This document shows positions 22,708-36,636 of a stretch of 64,000 nt of DNA, piece by piece. The position numbers and the translations under genes are program-made. The notes under the pieces were generated by a model. That model saw only the letters and a list, made by a program, of their open reading frames with translations, did no database searches and was not told where the DNA came from. The stretch comes from Trypanosoma brucei (Eukaryota), in assembly GCA_000002445.1 (NCBI GenBank), contig CM000207.1:2528001-2592000 (forward strand), read 5' to 3'. Positions within the stretch are counted from its first letter, which is position 1. Each line of letters starts with the position of its first letter.

Positions 22708-22844
22708 TTTGTGATAGAAATGTAAAAATTCGAAAAATTATACTCAATTTTAACATCTTTGTGTAAAGTAAAATTGAGATATAGTACGGAGAATGAATGG
22801 TATTATGAAGTTTTATAGTTAGATTTATTTTCTTTATTTGTGAA

Positions 22845-23035
22845 AAGTAGTAATAATAATAGTAATATGAGAGTGTTGTAAGTGCGTGTGTAATAAATAA
22901 TAATAATTATAATAATGATAATTATAATAATAGAAGAGTGTTATGAGTGTGAGTATATACGAATATTATGATCAGAGCAGTAATAATAATAATAATAATG
23001 ATAATAATGATAGTGATATGAAAGTGGTGTTGTCT
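22845..23035 (+). repeat. 70-bp repeat block (about 2.5 units)
   Basis: It shows three cores: gagagtgttgtaagtgcgtgtg, gaagagtgttatgagtgtgagtatatacgaatattatgatcagag and gaaagtggtgttg. They are separated by AATAAT/AATGAT runs. Confidence 0.85.
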
Positions 23036-24728
23036 AAATTGTACCAAAAGTTTTGTAGACCGTAATAAAAAGACGTATACAACAATAACAATATTAGTGG
23101 TTCATAAAGTTATGATGGCGGAACGAACTTGATAATAGCGAAAGGTTATAGTTATCTATCACGAGATAGTGATAATATTATTAGCATATCTTCACCATCA
23201 GTGTAACTAACTACTGTAACCCCCATCACAAAGCATAAACACGAATAAACAATGAAAGAAACGGCGGAATTCAAGGACGGGGCACAGACTCATGTGGCTA
23301 ATTCTAACTTCTATGACAGAATCTATACCTGTATACTGAAATATAAGCTGATTATACTAAACAATCACGCTGTAAAAGATATATCACAACATTACAGATG
23401 CATTAATTATATAGCTAAACACCTTAGTGTCGCAACCGACTTTTCTTTGTAACGTTTTCGATGTCTTATTATAACCCTCGAAAATTTATTCGTGTATTAG
23501 AGAATAAAATTTTGTATCTTTTTAACTTTACTGCTGCTGTTGATACTACATTTAGTGTGTTAAGCTAAATATCTGAATAATAGGCCACAACGTGAAATAT
23601 AACAAAGAATAATACTAAGAAACCAAGAGTCTTTGTGGTTGCAGTTGAAACTCATGCAACTAAAAGATGGTGTGGGCTCATATTGAGTGCAAAACTAAGC
23701 AATGTTGAAATTATTACAATTGAAATGGGAGTTTTCTATATCCATGTTAAAAGGCCTAGATGGTTTATGGAAATTTTAGAGAAACAGAATGCAAGTGATG
23801 AGGATATTGTAATTCATTCGGATGGGTCTGATGTTATTGTTTCTGACGGAGAAAAATATGAAAATGCTGTGGAATCTTTATACATAATACTTCTTAAAAA
23901 GAATAGATGTTTGGTGAATAGGATATAGTAAAGGAGCATCTGGAGATATGTGCATAGTTTTTTAATGTTAGGCGAAGAAAGAAAGAGGATAAGAAGTTAC
24001 CTCATTTACTTGAATCGCCTCCTAGTGGAACACCCTATCTAAGTGTTGGAGGTTTTATAGCCAGAGTTTGGGCATTTAGAAAATTTGAATATGCTTTTGG
24101 AGAGTTACTAAAGGGAAGTAAGGAATGGCGACCAGATCAGAGTATTTACAAACCTTTACTAATTTGGAGTGTTTCAGAGGAAGAAGATATTGGGTGGATA
24201 TTTGTTTTCGGGAGTGGAATGATTGGGTCAGATGATAAGAAGAGAGACTCTTCTCCATACCAAATAGCGGAGGTTTGTAGAAGGTCTATTTATTCATTTT
24301 TCTGGACAACCAATTGCATGGGAGTAGAAAGCTGAAGTGATTGTGAAAAATATCTGTTGATGTAAAGAATTGGATGGAAGGCAACTTTGTATAAAAAACT
24401 TTGTTGGAATCAAAAATTATTTAATACATAGAGAGAAATTGGATTTTGTATATCGGGGGTGTTGAGGATATACGTTTACATAAGTGGATTTGTTCAAGGT
24501 TAAGAAAGTTTGAGATAACATATGCAGAGTATCCTGGAATTGGCCTTTTAAAAGGCTATAGAAACCTCCATACGTGCCCGTGTCAAACATAAAGCGACTT
24601 AATGTTAACTTTACGGGGCAAAATGTGTACTGTTGTTATTTTAAAAATAGAAGGAACTCTGATAACAACAACCATTGCTAAACCTTTTCTATCACGTTTC
24701 TTTGTGCCAAAGCTGAGGTAAAATAAAT

Positions 24729-26171
24729 ATGCATATTGTAGCACGTCTGGTTGCGCTTCTGCTCTGTTTATCTACAGTTGCCGACGCCAACGACAAAACT
24801 TCCCACGCATTCAAGGCACTTTGCCTAAACTTTAACGTTGCTAGAGCTACAGTCACAGATACAGATTACAACGGTGAACAGCAAACGGTAGCGGTTCCAC
24901 ACGACGTCCTTTACCTGTACATGAGCTCGATGAAATCCAAGGACTACCTAAACCAGACGTCAGCACTAGTGGACGACACAGAAGCTGGCTGGAAGACAAA
25001 GAAGGAGGCCCTAGAATCACTCAAAGACGCCGCCAGCAACCGTCTTTACCCATTTATACCAGATAGCACAACAAAACAGGCGGTGCACGACGCCTTGGAA
25101 AAGATTTTTAATGAGTCCACGGCGCTCGCCAATTCTATAGAACAAATAAAAGGTGAGATAATAACAGCGGCAAAAGAAGTAAGAGAGGCTTTATCTACAG
25201 CAGCTTACGGTGGTAAAGGCTTGACTGCCGTGCCACAGACCCAATTTGGAGGACGGAGCACGACATGTTCCGGCAACACTGCTTGCACAATGCCAGGCAT
25301 CTCGATTGCACACGACATGGTGTGCGTTTGCAGCGGCGGAACCGACGGCACCGGCATCTGCGGCAATGGGATAGGAACGACCACCTACGACGAGACCAAA
25401 ACAAGCTTAGACGCAGTGGAGATCCAGAAACTTTTCGCAGACATCAAAACTGCATGCAATAAGCAGCAGACAGCAAACAAAGCAACACCGGCGGCCATCC
25501 ATGCGGCGCTAGTGGCCTTCGAACGACAGTTAGGCAAAGAAGTCGCCGACGGCAGTGACGTGCAGCTAAAATTAGGAAACGGTGCAGCAGGCGATTGCAA
25601 CGGCGTCGGCAGCGCAACCACATGCGTAAATTATGGCGGCGTAGCAACTAACGGCAGCATTCTCAACATTAACTGGGTTTCTCAAATGGAAAAGGCAGCA
25701 AACAAGTTAGCAGAGGCAACAAGCAAGCGAGCGGCTCTAGAGGCTGCGAGAGTAGAAATGAGACAGAAGCAGACAGCAGCGTGGGCAGCAGCGGCATTGC
25801 TAAAATTAAAGCTTCTGGACATGCCAGAAACAGTACAAACGGTAACTAAGGCACAAACTTCAGAAACTGATTACAACAAACATACAAAAAGCGAGGACTG
25901 CAAAGACCCATGCAATTGGGAAGAGAATGCTACTGACAAAACTAACAAATGCTCATTAGACCCAGTAGAAGCAACATAGAAAACTAGACAAACATGGGCA
26001 GAAACAGGAGAGGGAAAGAAAGAAGAGAAGTGCAAGGGAAAGAAGCAAGGGGATTTTGAGGAGTTTACTGGCTGCAAATGCAAAACTGAAATATAAAAGG
26101 ATTCCACCTTTCTTGCAAGTAAAAAATTTACTCTTATTTCTGCTGTCTTTATTAGTTTGTCATCATTTTAG
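24729..26171 (+). pseudogene. VSG pseudogene. The ORF is 416 aa up to the TAG at 25979, and the C-terminal domain with GPI signal (FLASKKFTLISAVFISLSSF*) follows out of frame.
   Basis: The N-terminus has a signal peptide (LVALLLCLSTVADA, then FKALCLNFN). The residual C-domain (CKGKKQGDFEEFTGCKCK) and the NKKF-like motif sit in another frame. Confidence 0.75.
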
Positions 26172-26436
26172 TATTCTGGTAATTTAAGGGTTTTTATGAA
26201 ATTTGCTTTATAGAGAGAGTTTGCCATTTTATAAGAATTTGCTGATATTTACTATAATTTTATATTTTTTAATATTTTTGATGAAAATTTTAAACTTTTG
26301 AAGGTTTAAAATTTTTACCAAGCTGAGTATGATAGCGGCTTAATAGTGTAAAGTAATAGGTGGCAGGGTATGGAAAATAAGTTATATTATAATTTTCTTT
26401 ATTTTGTTTATTTTATGAATATTAATTAGAGCGATA

Positions 26437-26645
26437 ATACAAATAATAATGATGACAGCAATAAAATAGCTAAAAATCAATAACTAATAATAAATAAACA
26501 AATATAAAAATGAAACAACATGAATGCGGAAAAGAAATACGATAGAAAATATAAATATAATGATAATGATAATAATGATAGAAGAGTTTCGTTAGTGTGT
26601 ATATACTAATGTTATAGTAAGAGAGGTAACGATAATAATAAATGA
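26437..26645 (+). repeat. 70-bp repeat block
   Basis: It contains gataatgataataatgatagaagagtttcgttagtgtgtatatactaatgttatagtaagag plus upstream AAT/ATAATG runs. Confidence 0.8.
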
Positions 26646-28214
26646 ACCGCAAAAATAGAAGAGATTAAAACAATGGCGACTGTGTAATGGGAGTAAGTAA
26701 ATAAGGTGGAAAGTTAGTAAAAGAAATAGAAATATGGAAAGAAAAAGAGAGATGGAAAAGGATATGATATATGCGCGAGTCAATATACAAGGGGATGATG
26801 GGGTGAAGGATTAGATAAAAAAGTAAATACAGTGTGCAGGCCACATGGAGTTGCTACATCATCTGAAGAAGCAGTAAGCAAAACATTCGAAAAATACAGA
26901 ATGAAATGCCAGAATATGTGACAATAAAGTAGATGATAGTTGAATATTGTGCATAAATTTTCTATGTATAAATGCTAGTGAGAGATAGAGTCGATTATAG
27001 TTTTTATTCTGATGGTCGATCCCAACATCCATCTGTGAAAATGAAGAAGCATGGGGAATAAGAAGGAAGGTTTTGGATGAGTATGAGGCAAAATAAAAGT
27101 ATTCTTCTCATCAGATGTAGAAATAATTGCTAATATTTCTGTGAAAAAATGTAATATTTTTGAGAGGATATTTTTAAAGCTTTAACTACAGTTTAATTAC
27201 GGTGGATAGCGCATTAAAAACAAAGAAGCAGAAACTGCTTAAATTTAAGTGTATTTTACCTGTTTGAGGGGATTTATGCGTTGCAGAAAGTTTTTAATGA
27301 TACTCATTCCATTCCGTATTGTTATACACGCCAGAAACCAAGACCTTTAAAGGAACGAGCAATTCATATAATAGTTGTCGCAGAGGCGCAGATGACGGCA
27401 CGAATTACCAGAACAATAAAAAGGAGCCAGGTGCTTTTGGAGCCCAAAAATACCAGTTTCAACCTCCGTTTCCACAAAACAAAGTCAGATAGTCAAAATA
27501 AAAAACAATAAGCCAATCTTATTAACGAGAGGAAGCGACGGTTTTAAGTTATTTCGTGTTAAAAGGGAAGCATTGAAATTAGAAGATGATAGAAGGGAAG
27601 GAGAAACATAAATTTTAATTGGTTTACATATGGATACAAGTGGTATAGGTTAGATTTGATAAGAATGAGGCCCTTTGGTTAAGCGGTATGCTTTTTCACG
27701 AGCACGTCACAGCGAACGGAGCACCACCCACAAAGTCTGGCAAAAGGTAGCTGAAAGTAAATCAAGAAAAATTGCTCAATCACTAGTATAGTTTCAATAG
27801 ATTGGGAATTCACACATTCAGCTTAAAATAAAAGGGAGTAGACCGATAAAGCCTTTCGGTGAGGCAGTTTTCGTTACAGTGCACCCCTTGATTAGTAGTT
27901 ATAGAATATTTGCGGAAGGCAGAAGGTTAGAAACTGAAAAATCCATCGCAGTACGCGCGTGTCAACTGGGCGATATCACCTCTTCGTTTTTCTCACACTT
28001 TAGCGGAATCCGGCACCAAGACACAGGAAGCCAAATCAGCTAAGCATCTTACCCTGCTTCCCAATCCTACTTGCACTATATACACAGGTCACGGCAGCTA
28101 AGGAGAAAAAGCCAAAACTACAGCTTCACGGCGCAAGCTCCGTAAAGGATTTTAACACCGGAACTACGGTTCAAGAACGGCACCCTGACGACAGCGCAGC
28201 ATTTAGCCACAACA

Positions 28215-29608
28215 ATGCGCAAAGTAAACGCGGCTTTTACAGGAATAGCGCTGTTTCTGGCAGTAACAATACTCGCACGCAGAGCCGAGACGGAGTCGTC
28301 CAAGCAGTCGACAGCATGTAAGTCAGCTAACTACCTACAAAGCCTACAGAAAACAATTCGACAGCAACCATTGCTGTTCCTTAGAGAAATAAAAAACCTC
28401 CAAACGACACGGCAAATACTCGAATTAGCACGATCATAAACAATTGAAGCGACCGCGCGGGGCGCAGCTGCGCTTCTAGAAGCAGTAACCAAGCACACAG
28501 ACACACTACTTGACTAGGCGAAACAGTGCTCAGCAAAAGCACCCAAAGCGGCCGCGCTCCTCAGCACACAGGCTGAAAGGCACTGTGCTATAGCCAAAGC
28601 CGACAAGATAGCGGCAGCCACAAGCACTGGCGAGAGCCTCTCCGATGGTGGCGCCGCAACTGACAAGTACGCAGAGTTAACAGTAGAAAAAGCGGACGAC
28701 ACAACCTTCATGGAAATGCTAGCAAGTGAACTTAAAGTACAGGAAGCCAGCATAAACTTACAAGGTCTAGGGAACCTAAACTTCTTTGGCCTAGAACAAA
28801 CGGCAGATGGGGGCCACACGGACAGAAAAATATGCCACGGAGCTTGCACAAGCACGTGCAGCACGATAGGCAACTGGCAGCTCAAGATAGTAAGCAAACA
28901 GCTGCTGAAATAAAAGGCGGCAAAAAAACTCGAAGTGAGAGCAAAAGGAAAAACGCCTAATGAGGAGCCGACCAAAGACACGAAAAGCAAAACATCTCTG
29001 ACCCGGCACGACAACGACCTCGAATGGGGAATACATGAGTTTCTCAAGAACAAATACTGCGATTTCGATAAACTTGATTTTGGGAGGACCGCAGCGAGCA
29101 AAACCGACGACACAATCAGACGAATAATGCTAGCGGCAACTTAATGAGCGACAACCAAATATGACCCCGCAAACAGCGCCCAAAAAGCAGCAATTGACAG
29201 TTTGAAAAAACAAACATTTGGATATGACAAAAGTGCATTTGAAAACGTATTTTGGAAAACCATTAAAGACCATACGATAGACTTAACGATTGGCGGCAAA
29301 GAGCTGAAAAAAAGTTAGATAATCTCGCGACATCATACAGTCCACTGCCAGCAACAGCTTCAAGGCGATTTTAAGAAGCAAAAGCAAAAAGGTGCGACAA
29401 TATAGCCGCAGTCACAAAGTCTGACATAAAATGCGAGGGAAGCGAGAAAGCTAAGTGCGACAATAAAAAGTGTAAATTCAAAGACGGAAAAAACAAACTT
29501 AAAGAGTATTTGAAAATGGGGAATAAAGGAAAAACTGCAAACACCGCTGGGAGAAACTTTTTTGTCATTAAAAATGCGCCTCTTTGGCTTGCATTTTTGC
29601 TTATATAA
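28215..29608 (+). pseudogene. VSG pseudogene, heavily fragmented. It ends ...FFVIKNAPLWLAFLLI*.
   Basis: There is a signal-peptide ORF at 28215..28439 (AFTGIALFLAVTILA), VSG-like pieces at 28710..28913 and 28935..29144, the C-domain CDNKKCKFKDGKNK, and a short-type GPI signal. The 16-mer lies downstream. Confidence 0.7.
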
Positions 29609-29685
29609 TTAACTATCTCAAAGACGTTTTGCTCAATTGTATGAAATTTTCCATTTTGAGAGAATTTTGTTAAATTACTAAAAAT

Positions 29686-29701
29686 TAAAATATTTTAACA
29701 C
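29686..29701 (+). promoter_or_regulatory. VSG 3'UTR 16-mer variant (taaaatattttaacac)
   Basis: Motif match. Confidence 0.7.
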
Positions 29702-29874
29702 TTTATGATGAGAATGTACAATTTAATGAAGCAGTGAAAATATGAAGGAAATGAAATTTTTTCATGATAGAGGCCTATGGATTCACATTAGTATGTTGGT
29801 AGGGTATGCATAATGAGTGGTATTCTGATTATTTCTAATTTTGCCTAATTTTATGAATATTAGTTGAGATTATA

Positions 29875-29945
29875 ATACGGAGAATAATAGAAACAATAAT
29901 AATAATGGTAATTTGTTGTGAGTTTATTTATACTAATACTAAAAA
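29875..29945 (+). repeat. Degenerate 70-bp repeat (one unit)
   Basis: aataataataatggtaatttgttgtgagtttatttatactaatact. Confidence 0.6.
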
Positions 29946-31333
29946 ATTTTCGGAACGGAATGGCTGGTCGTAAAAAAATTGAACTATTGAGACAATTGAA
30001 AAGGAAAAGTGTGAATGAGTGAGATAGTGGGTAAGAGAATGAGATGAAGAGTAAGGAGGAGATAAAATATACAAAGTTTCAGTCATAATTATGACTATGG
30101 GTTTCATTCACATCGAGAAAAAGGAGCCAATAACTGAGAAATAGTCCATTCCACAGATGAAATGGAACCGCTCTAACTAACAAAAAGGAACGGTGGATGT
30201 GGAGGCACCTAACTGTACCATTGTCAACAAGCTCCAAAGAACTCATTGAAGAATGAATTATTTTCACTTAAGGCACTATGACGTATACACAGCGATCTTA
30301 CACAAAAATTCAGTTCACAAACAACGTCTGATTTGTCTGAAGATGCGTTTCTTACAAGAATTTAACCAATCATAGTAAGAAATGAAAAAACAGTCAGTTG
30401 ATTTTTGGAGTGAAACCTATAACAACAATGAAAAACTCCACTAAAGTTAGAAATACTAACAGCAAGCGGAAGAACACCTTAACACAAGAAACAAAAAGCA
30501 TAAATAAGTATAAAATTGCATCGAAAACTAGTGCAGAAACAGTGAGTTTTTAGTGGTCCCTGCACGTACTCTAATTGGCCAATATATTATGTAGAAGCAA
30601 GAACCTAGCTCTTTTTCAAGTGTGAAGCTTTTAAAGATTTGGAAAATGAGTTTAAGTGTCACCTTTAGAAGAAAAGAAGCGAGAAGACTTACAAGTGTGC
30701 AATTGGATCTATTTATAAAGGTGAAAAGCAAAAAAGCCAATTTTTAACAACATTTCAAATATCTTAAGCTTAGTCCATTGTTAACATTAGGAAAAACTAT
30801 AGGAAATTTTTTACTCCAAAGGATGCTTGTTTAAATACAAAATTTAAGGTGAATTTTACCTGTTTTAATGACCATGGAATTCTGTGGTGAAACTAGGGTT
30901 TTAGAAAGTTGAAAATGTTTACAACACTGCTATTCAGAATGATGATCTATATATTTAATCAAGCAGACACATATCTCAGTTTACAGAGAACAAAATCGGA
31001 TATGCTGTTACTTGAAATTTTTTTAGAACTCACCAATTTTATGTAAGTCACTTTACAAAAGTAACATTCAATTGAATAATATATATTTTTAAAACAGTGA
31101 AGAAGTGAGGAATGATTTTTGATGCAGGTAGTGTTACCTTTATTATTATTATTTTGTGATGATTTGTATGAAGAAACGCTAATTATATATTCTAAAGATA
31201 ATCAGATACTGACCTGTAGCACAGACAGGAACTGGAGGAAAAAACTCCTTTCCGCATTGTTGTGGCTTTTTCATTAAAACGATGACGATAAAGAAGGAAC
31301 AAACCAACGAATGTAAGCCTTTTCTGCGTTATT

Positions 31334-31498
31334 TTGGGGGCATCCGCACTAATCACGGCAATTTTTGCATACGGGACGGTAACCAAAGGAAAAAACGCAG
31401 AGGACTTTGCGGCACTGTGTGGCTTAGTACAATTTGCTAAATCAAAAGTAACGGACGCTACGAAGCCTCAGGAAATAGAGAAAGTCATCAACACGTTG
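31334..31498 (+). pseudogene. VSG N-terminal fragment (signal peptide plus about 40 aa) truncated by ingi B. It reads in frame into the ingi 5' region.
   Basis: ORF 31334..31837 begins MGASALITAIFAYGTVTKGKNAEDFAALCGLVQFAK..., which is a typical VSG N-terminus. From DAGHLNVVPGS onward it continues into ingi sequence. Confidence 0.65.
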
Positions 31499-34400
31499 GC
31501 TGCTATAAATTTCGCATTCCCTAGCGATGCCGGCCACCTCAACGTGGTGCCAGGGTCCATTACCCCGTATCATCGGGGGAAGCCAAGAGCCAGCAGAGTT
31601 CCTTTCATGGGGAACACTGCTGTGCTCCGGCTACGGCATCATACAGCACAGGGATCAGCAGCGTCTTGCTGGGACACCGTTTTTCATTTGTCGGTCCCTG
31701 GGCACGTGGCTAGCGTGCCATCAGCAGTATCATCCGCACTAAGATGCTGCTGTCCGGTGATGTGGAAGAGAATCCCGGCCCGTCGTTGCGCGGGATGCAG
31801 TGGAACTGCGCCGGGCTATCTCAAGGAAAGAGATTAGCACTCCACAAAACCCTTGTTGATGAGCGGATCGCCTTTTGTCTGTTGAGCGAGACAAGGATGA
31901 CGCTTGGAGAGGCGGCTTTCTTTAGCGTTGCTGACTACCAACATCATGGAATAGCTCGTAACTGCAAAGGAGGTGGTGTATCAATACTAGTGAGGGAGGA
32001 CTTACCAGTCGAGACCGGTATGGCCGTTATTGGTCGCATTGAACAAGTGCATGCAACAATTCACCTTGCACGTGGAACGGCGCTGACTGTCACGTCGGCA
32101 TACATCCCACCAAAACACACCTTCACGGCAACTGACCTAGATACGCTTCTGACAACTGACGGTGCCCAGCTCATCGGTGCAGACGCTAACGCACACGCGT
32201 TGGCATGGGATCGCGCGAGCCCACCAAATACCAAGGGTGAAACCCTCACACAGTGGTGCATTGACAACCAGTTTCTGGTATGTAACACTGGTGAGTGCAC
32301 CAGGTACACGCGCCACCACGGGGAGTCCACCCCTGATGTGACACTGTCAAGGAATTGCACAGTGTACACGTGGACATCGCTGTATTCTCCCGATAGCGAT
32401 CACCATCACATATTTTTCGACGATATCGTTGGAGACGACACAGATGCACTGAGTTGCCCGCGGCTTCGAAAGCCCATGTACGCATGGCTAAAAGCTAACT
32501 GGAGGAATTTCCGTCTCAAGGTTCACGAGCTCTGCAGGAAAATTGGTAGAGAGAAGAATGTCAACACTCTGGAACAGAAATTGAGCTCCGCCATCCGCAC
32601 TGCGACGAATGTCTCCGTCCCCCGTGGCTGCAGAGTAACGCCACCACATTGGACACCTGCGCTCGCGAAAATCGATGAAGAGATCGCTGGATGCGCACCC
32701 TCCCACCGAAGGGAAAAGTTGGTAGCCACGCGTAAGCAGATCCTGGACCGTACCACAAAGAAGAGATGGAGCACGCTATGCTCCAGACTTGCGGTGTCAG
32801 ACTGCTGCAGTTGGCACATTGTCAAGAAGGTATATGCGCCACGAACACTAACCACACCGGCTGTACTTGTTGATAACGCGGCCACCACGGACTACCATCA
32901 AGCTGAGAGGTTCAGTAAACTGTACTCGTCCCGTGCAAGAAGGCACCCCGACTCACACCCACCGGCACCAATAAAGACGATAGCGAGTGAGTTCAGTCCC
33001 ATCACGATGGCTGAACTACGGAGATCGATCAAACTGCTACAGAGTGGATCCGCAGCAGGACCTGATTGCTTATACAACGAGGCAATACAACATTTCGGTA
33101 GAACAGCGCTGAATGTTGTTCTGAGGCTATTCAATGAGAGCCTACGAATGGGAGTCGTGCCGCCTGCATGGAAGATTGGTGTTATCATCCCCATCCTGAA
33201 GGCCGGAAAAAAGGGCGGAGGACCTCGATTCTTACAGGACTGTAACACTCACGAGCTGTCTCTGCAAAGTCATGGAGCGCATAATTGCCGCGAGGCTTAG
33301 AGACACTGTTGAGTCCCAGCTGATGCTACAGCAATCAGGCTTTCGCCCCGGATGCTCAACGCTCGAACAACTCCTGCACGTCCGCGCTGCCCTCTGCCGC
33401 CCCACGCACCAATATCGTACGGGTGCTGTATTCGTTGACTACGAGAAGGCATTCGATACAGTAGACCACGACAAAATTGCGAGGGAAATGCACAGAATGA
33501 AGGTATCACCCCACATTGTGAAGTGGTGCGTATCATTTCTGAGTAACCGAACTGGCAGAGTGAGATTCAAGGAGAAGCTTTCCAGAAGCAGAACATTTGA
33601 GCGAGGAGTGCCACAAGGAACTGTCCTTGGCCCAATCATGTTCATTATTGTCATGAACTCGTTGAGCCAGCGCCTTGCAGAAGTGCCGTTACTGCAGCAC
33701 GGATTCTTTGCAGACGACCTGACGCTACTTGCGAGGCACACAGAGAGGGATGTCATCAACCACACACTGCAATGCGGCCTAAACGTGGTGTTACAGTGGT
33801 CAAAAGAGTACTTCATGTCTGTCAACGTAGCGAAAACAAAATGCACACTCTTCGGGTGTATAGAGCGCCACCCCCTTACATTACAACTGGACGGCGAAAG
33901 AATAGGAGCTGACAGGACACCGAAGCTTCTAGGAGTAACATTCCAGTGTCTGCAAGGGATGGCAACACATGCGGCCGAAACGAGACGCAAGATGGACTTC
34001 CGACTACTGCAGATAGTGTCCATCTCAGCTTCTACATGGGGGCCAAGACGACAAGTACTGAGAGCTTTTTATCTAGCACTCGTACAGGCACACACAATGT
34101 ATGGCATTGAGGTATGGTACTGGGACGCTTCGGAACGAAGTCGTGACCTCCTTGCAGCAGCACAACACAAAGCCAGTCGCATCATAGCCGGCATACCGCA
34201 TGGGACGCGCAAAGAGGACTCTCTGCTGGAAGCAAACCTCCTGCCACTCAAGACGGCCACTCTTGTGCGCAGCATGAAATTCATACTGATCTGTGAGTCA
34301 CGAGGCGGATGTTTGCGGCGCAGTGCTGAGGAAGTATACCGCAACAAACACCCAGTCAGAGCCCAACATTCCCGCATCATGCGGTCCTATCCACACCTCC

Positions 34401-36636
34401 GCATTGAGCCACGCGAGCACCCACTAGAGAAATCGACGCTCCGCCACAGCTGTCGACCGCTATTTCACACGCAGATAAAGCCTGTGTGCGCTGATGACCC
34501 TGACGATGTCAAAAGGGAGGCTTCCGAAAAGTGGATTGAACGGCATTTTTCACGGAGGGGGAAGGAGCTACCGCGGCGAGAGCACTACGAATTGTGGACT
34601 GATGGATCCGTGTCCCTCGGTGAGAAGTCCGGAGCAGCTGCCCTGCTCTATAGAAACAATACGCTTATTTGTGCACCCAAAACCGGAGCAGGGGAACTCT
34701 CATGCAGTTACAGAGCGGAATGCGTATCATTAGAGATAGGACTGCAACGGCTGCTGAAATGGCTTCCGGCATACAGAAGCACACCGAGCAAGTTGTCTAT
34801 CTTCTCTGACTCGCCGTCAATGTTAACAGCACTGCAGACAGGCCCCCTAGCCGTAACGGACCCAATTCTAAGACGACTATGGAGGCTTCTGCTTCAAGTT
34901 CAGAGAAGGAAGTTGCGTATCCGACTGCAATTTGTGTTCGGCCATTGTGGCGTGAAACGGAATGAGGTTTGTGATGAAATGGCCAAAAAGGCCGTAAATT
35001 TACCACAGTTGCGAGACACATAGATCCCCGACATCATTGCTTATGCGAAGCGAGTGCTTAGGTCGGAAGAAGTCCATGAGAACACTCATAGGTTTGGTAT
35101 CACGGGCAACAACTTTCCAACAAAGCATAAAGAAAAACTGACGAGGGAAGAAGAAACGGCACTGGCACGCTTTCGGGTTGGGTCTTCAAGACACTATGGA
35201 TGGATGTTGCGAAAGATCAACCCGAGTGTGCCTCCACAGTGCCGATGGTGCAACCCGCAAAATGCAGAGATAGGGCCAACAATACAAACAGCCCCAACTG
35301 TTGCGACACGCACTCTTCAGAGAACCTCCGAACCGACAAAATGTACGGAATGTGATGCCACATACCAATGCCGCTCGAGTGCTGTAACGCATATGGTAAA
35401 CAAACACGGCTTTGTGCGAGCTGATGCCCTCCGGAGGATCAAATACGGCGATGCAACACCTGCAGTGGATATCCCCCCGGAGCCCCCTCCAGTGGTGCCT
35501 ATCGTCCCTCTACCATCGAGCACACGAGTCCCGATGAGACCGCAGGTACTTCATTGTACCATCTGTGCCTCCAAATTCGCAGTGCCAGGCCGACTATTAC
35601 ACCACCTTAGAACAATACATGGTATAGGCAGCGGTAGTTGCCGCGTGAAAAGGGGGCGAGAGAACGAGGACTCAGTGCAAGGAGATGGTAGAGCCCCAGC
35701 AGCGCCAGTCTCTCAGGATACACGGAAGCTGCCGTTTCAATGTGACCTGTGCGAGGCGAGCTTCGGTACACGCTCTTCCCTGTCACTACACAAGAAATTC
35801 AAACATAAGAGCATAGTGACGGAGGACGGTACCGTAGTGGTGGTGCAATTCCCTCGTAAGCTTGCCCGTGAGGAAAATGTTGACGTCCCGGGGAAAGGCG
35901 AGGTGCAGTGTGGTGTGTGTCAAAAAGTGCTCAGTTGCAGGGACTCCCTCATCCGACACTGTAAGGCTTTCCACAAAGGTGAGGGAGTCGAGCTTAAATG
36001 CAGCAAAAGCACAAAATTGTGTGCCACTGATTCCCCGCATACAAACACATCCATGTTGGTGTGCCCGACATGCGGAAGGCAGTGTGCTAGCAAAACTGGC
36101 CTCACCCTACATCAAAAGAAGATGCACGGTATGAAGGTAGAGCGCGCTGTTACCATCCAACGCGGCGACTTCGAAGAAACGTCGCTGCACTTGATGAGCT
36201 GCCCCTGTTTGAAGGAGTTACGTGTCAGGTTTGCGGTAGAAGGTGAGTGTGTGCAGGATGTATGTTTTTCTAAAAGGCTGGCGCAGTTTCTCATTGCGGT
36301 TGAACGGAACCTGCCGCAGGTGAAGTCCTCACCTAAGGTAACAGTCATACAACCCACTCTCCCTTCTGCAACTTCCCCCCTTATTGCCGAGTGTGGAGCT
36401 AGCAGGAAAAGCACCGGACGCAGGAATAGTCCATACACCCTCAGAGACAGAGAGGGTATGCAGTCAACAAGCAACAGGAACAGAAAGAGGGGGAGAGAAT
36501 AATAAACGAATAACAAAAATCAAAACAAAAGGATTGCTAATTGACATCTTTTGGAGAGTCCGGGTTGGGTGGCTTCTCGCCCCATCTGCTGTATTCCGTT
36601 CAACTGCGGAGCTACAACAAAAATTATAGAGAGTGT
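31499..36636 (+). mobile_element. ingi retrotransposon, degenerate copy. It is 3'-truncated by about 130 bp and joined directly to a 70-bp repeat.
   Basis: Its 5' end (ccctagcgatgccggccacctcaacgtggtgccagg) is homologous to copies A and D. The ORF is split into 31744..33300, 33272..35023 and 35054..36502. The last ingi-homologous bases (ctacaacaaaaattatagag) run straight into gagtgtgttgtgagtgtgcatatacgaatattataataagag. Confidence 0.9.
31744..36502 (+). pseudogene. ingi polyprotein pseudogene. It has a +1 frameshift in a G-run near 33205 and a TGG-to-TAG nonsense change at 35021-35023. The MLLSGDVEENPGP 2A-like start is retained.
   Basis: Alignment by eye against copies A and D: B reads aaaaaagggcggagg where D reads aaaaaaggcggagg, and B reads gacacatagatcc where D reads gacacatggatcc. 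Confidence 0.85.

Noticed and set aside
23635-23928. A 97-aa ORF (MVAVETHATKRWCGLILSAKLSNVEI…) in the spacer upstream of the 24729 VSG
   Set aside because: It has no recognisable motif and no conserved counterpart in the other cassette spacers. It is likely a chance ORF in AT-rich spacer, and without a database search this cannot be taken further.
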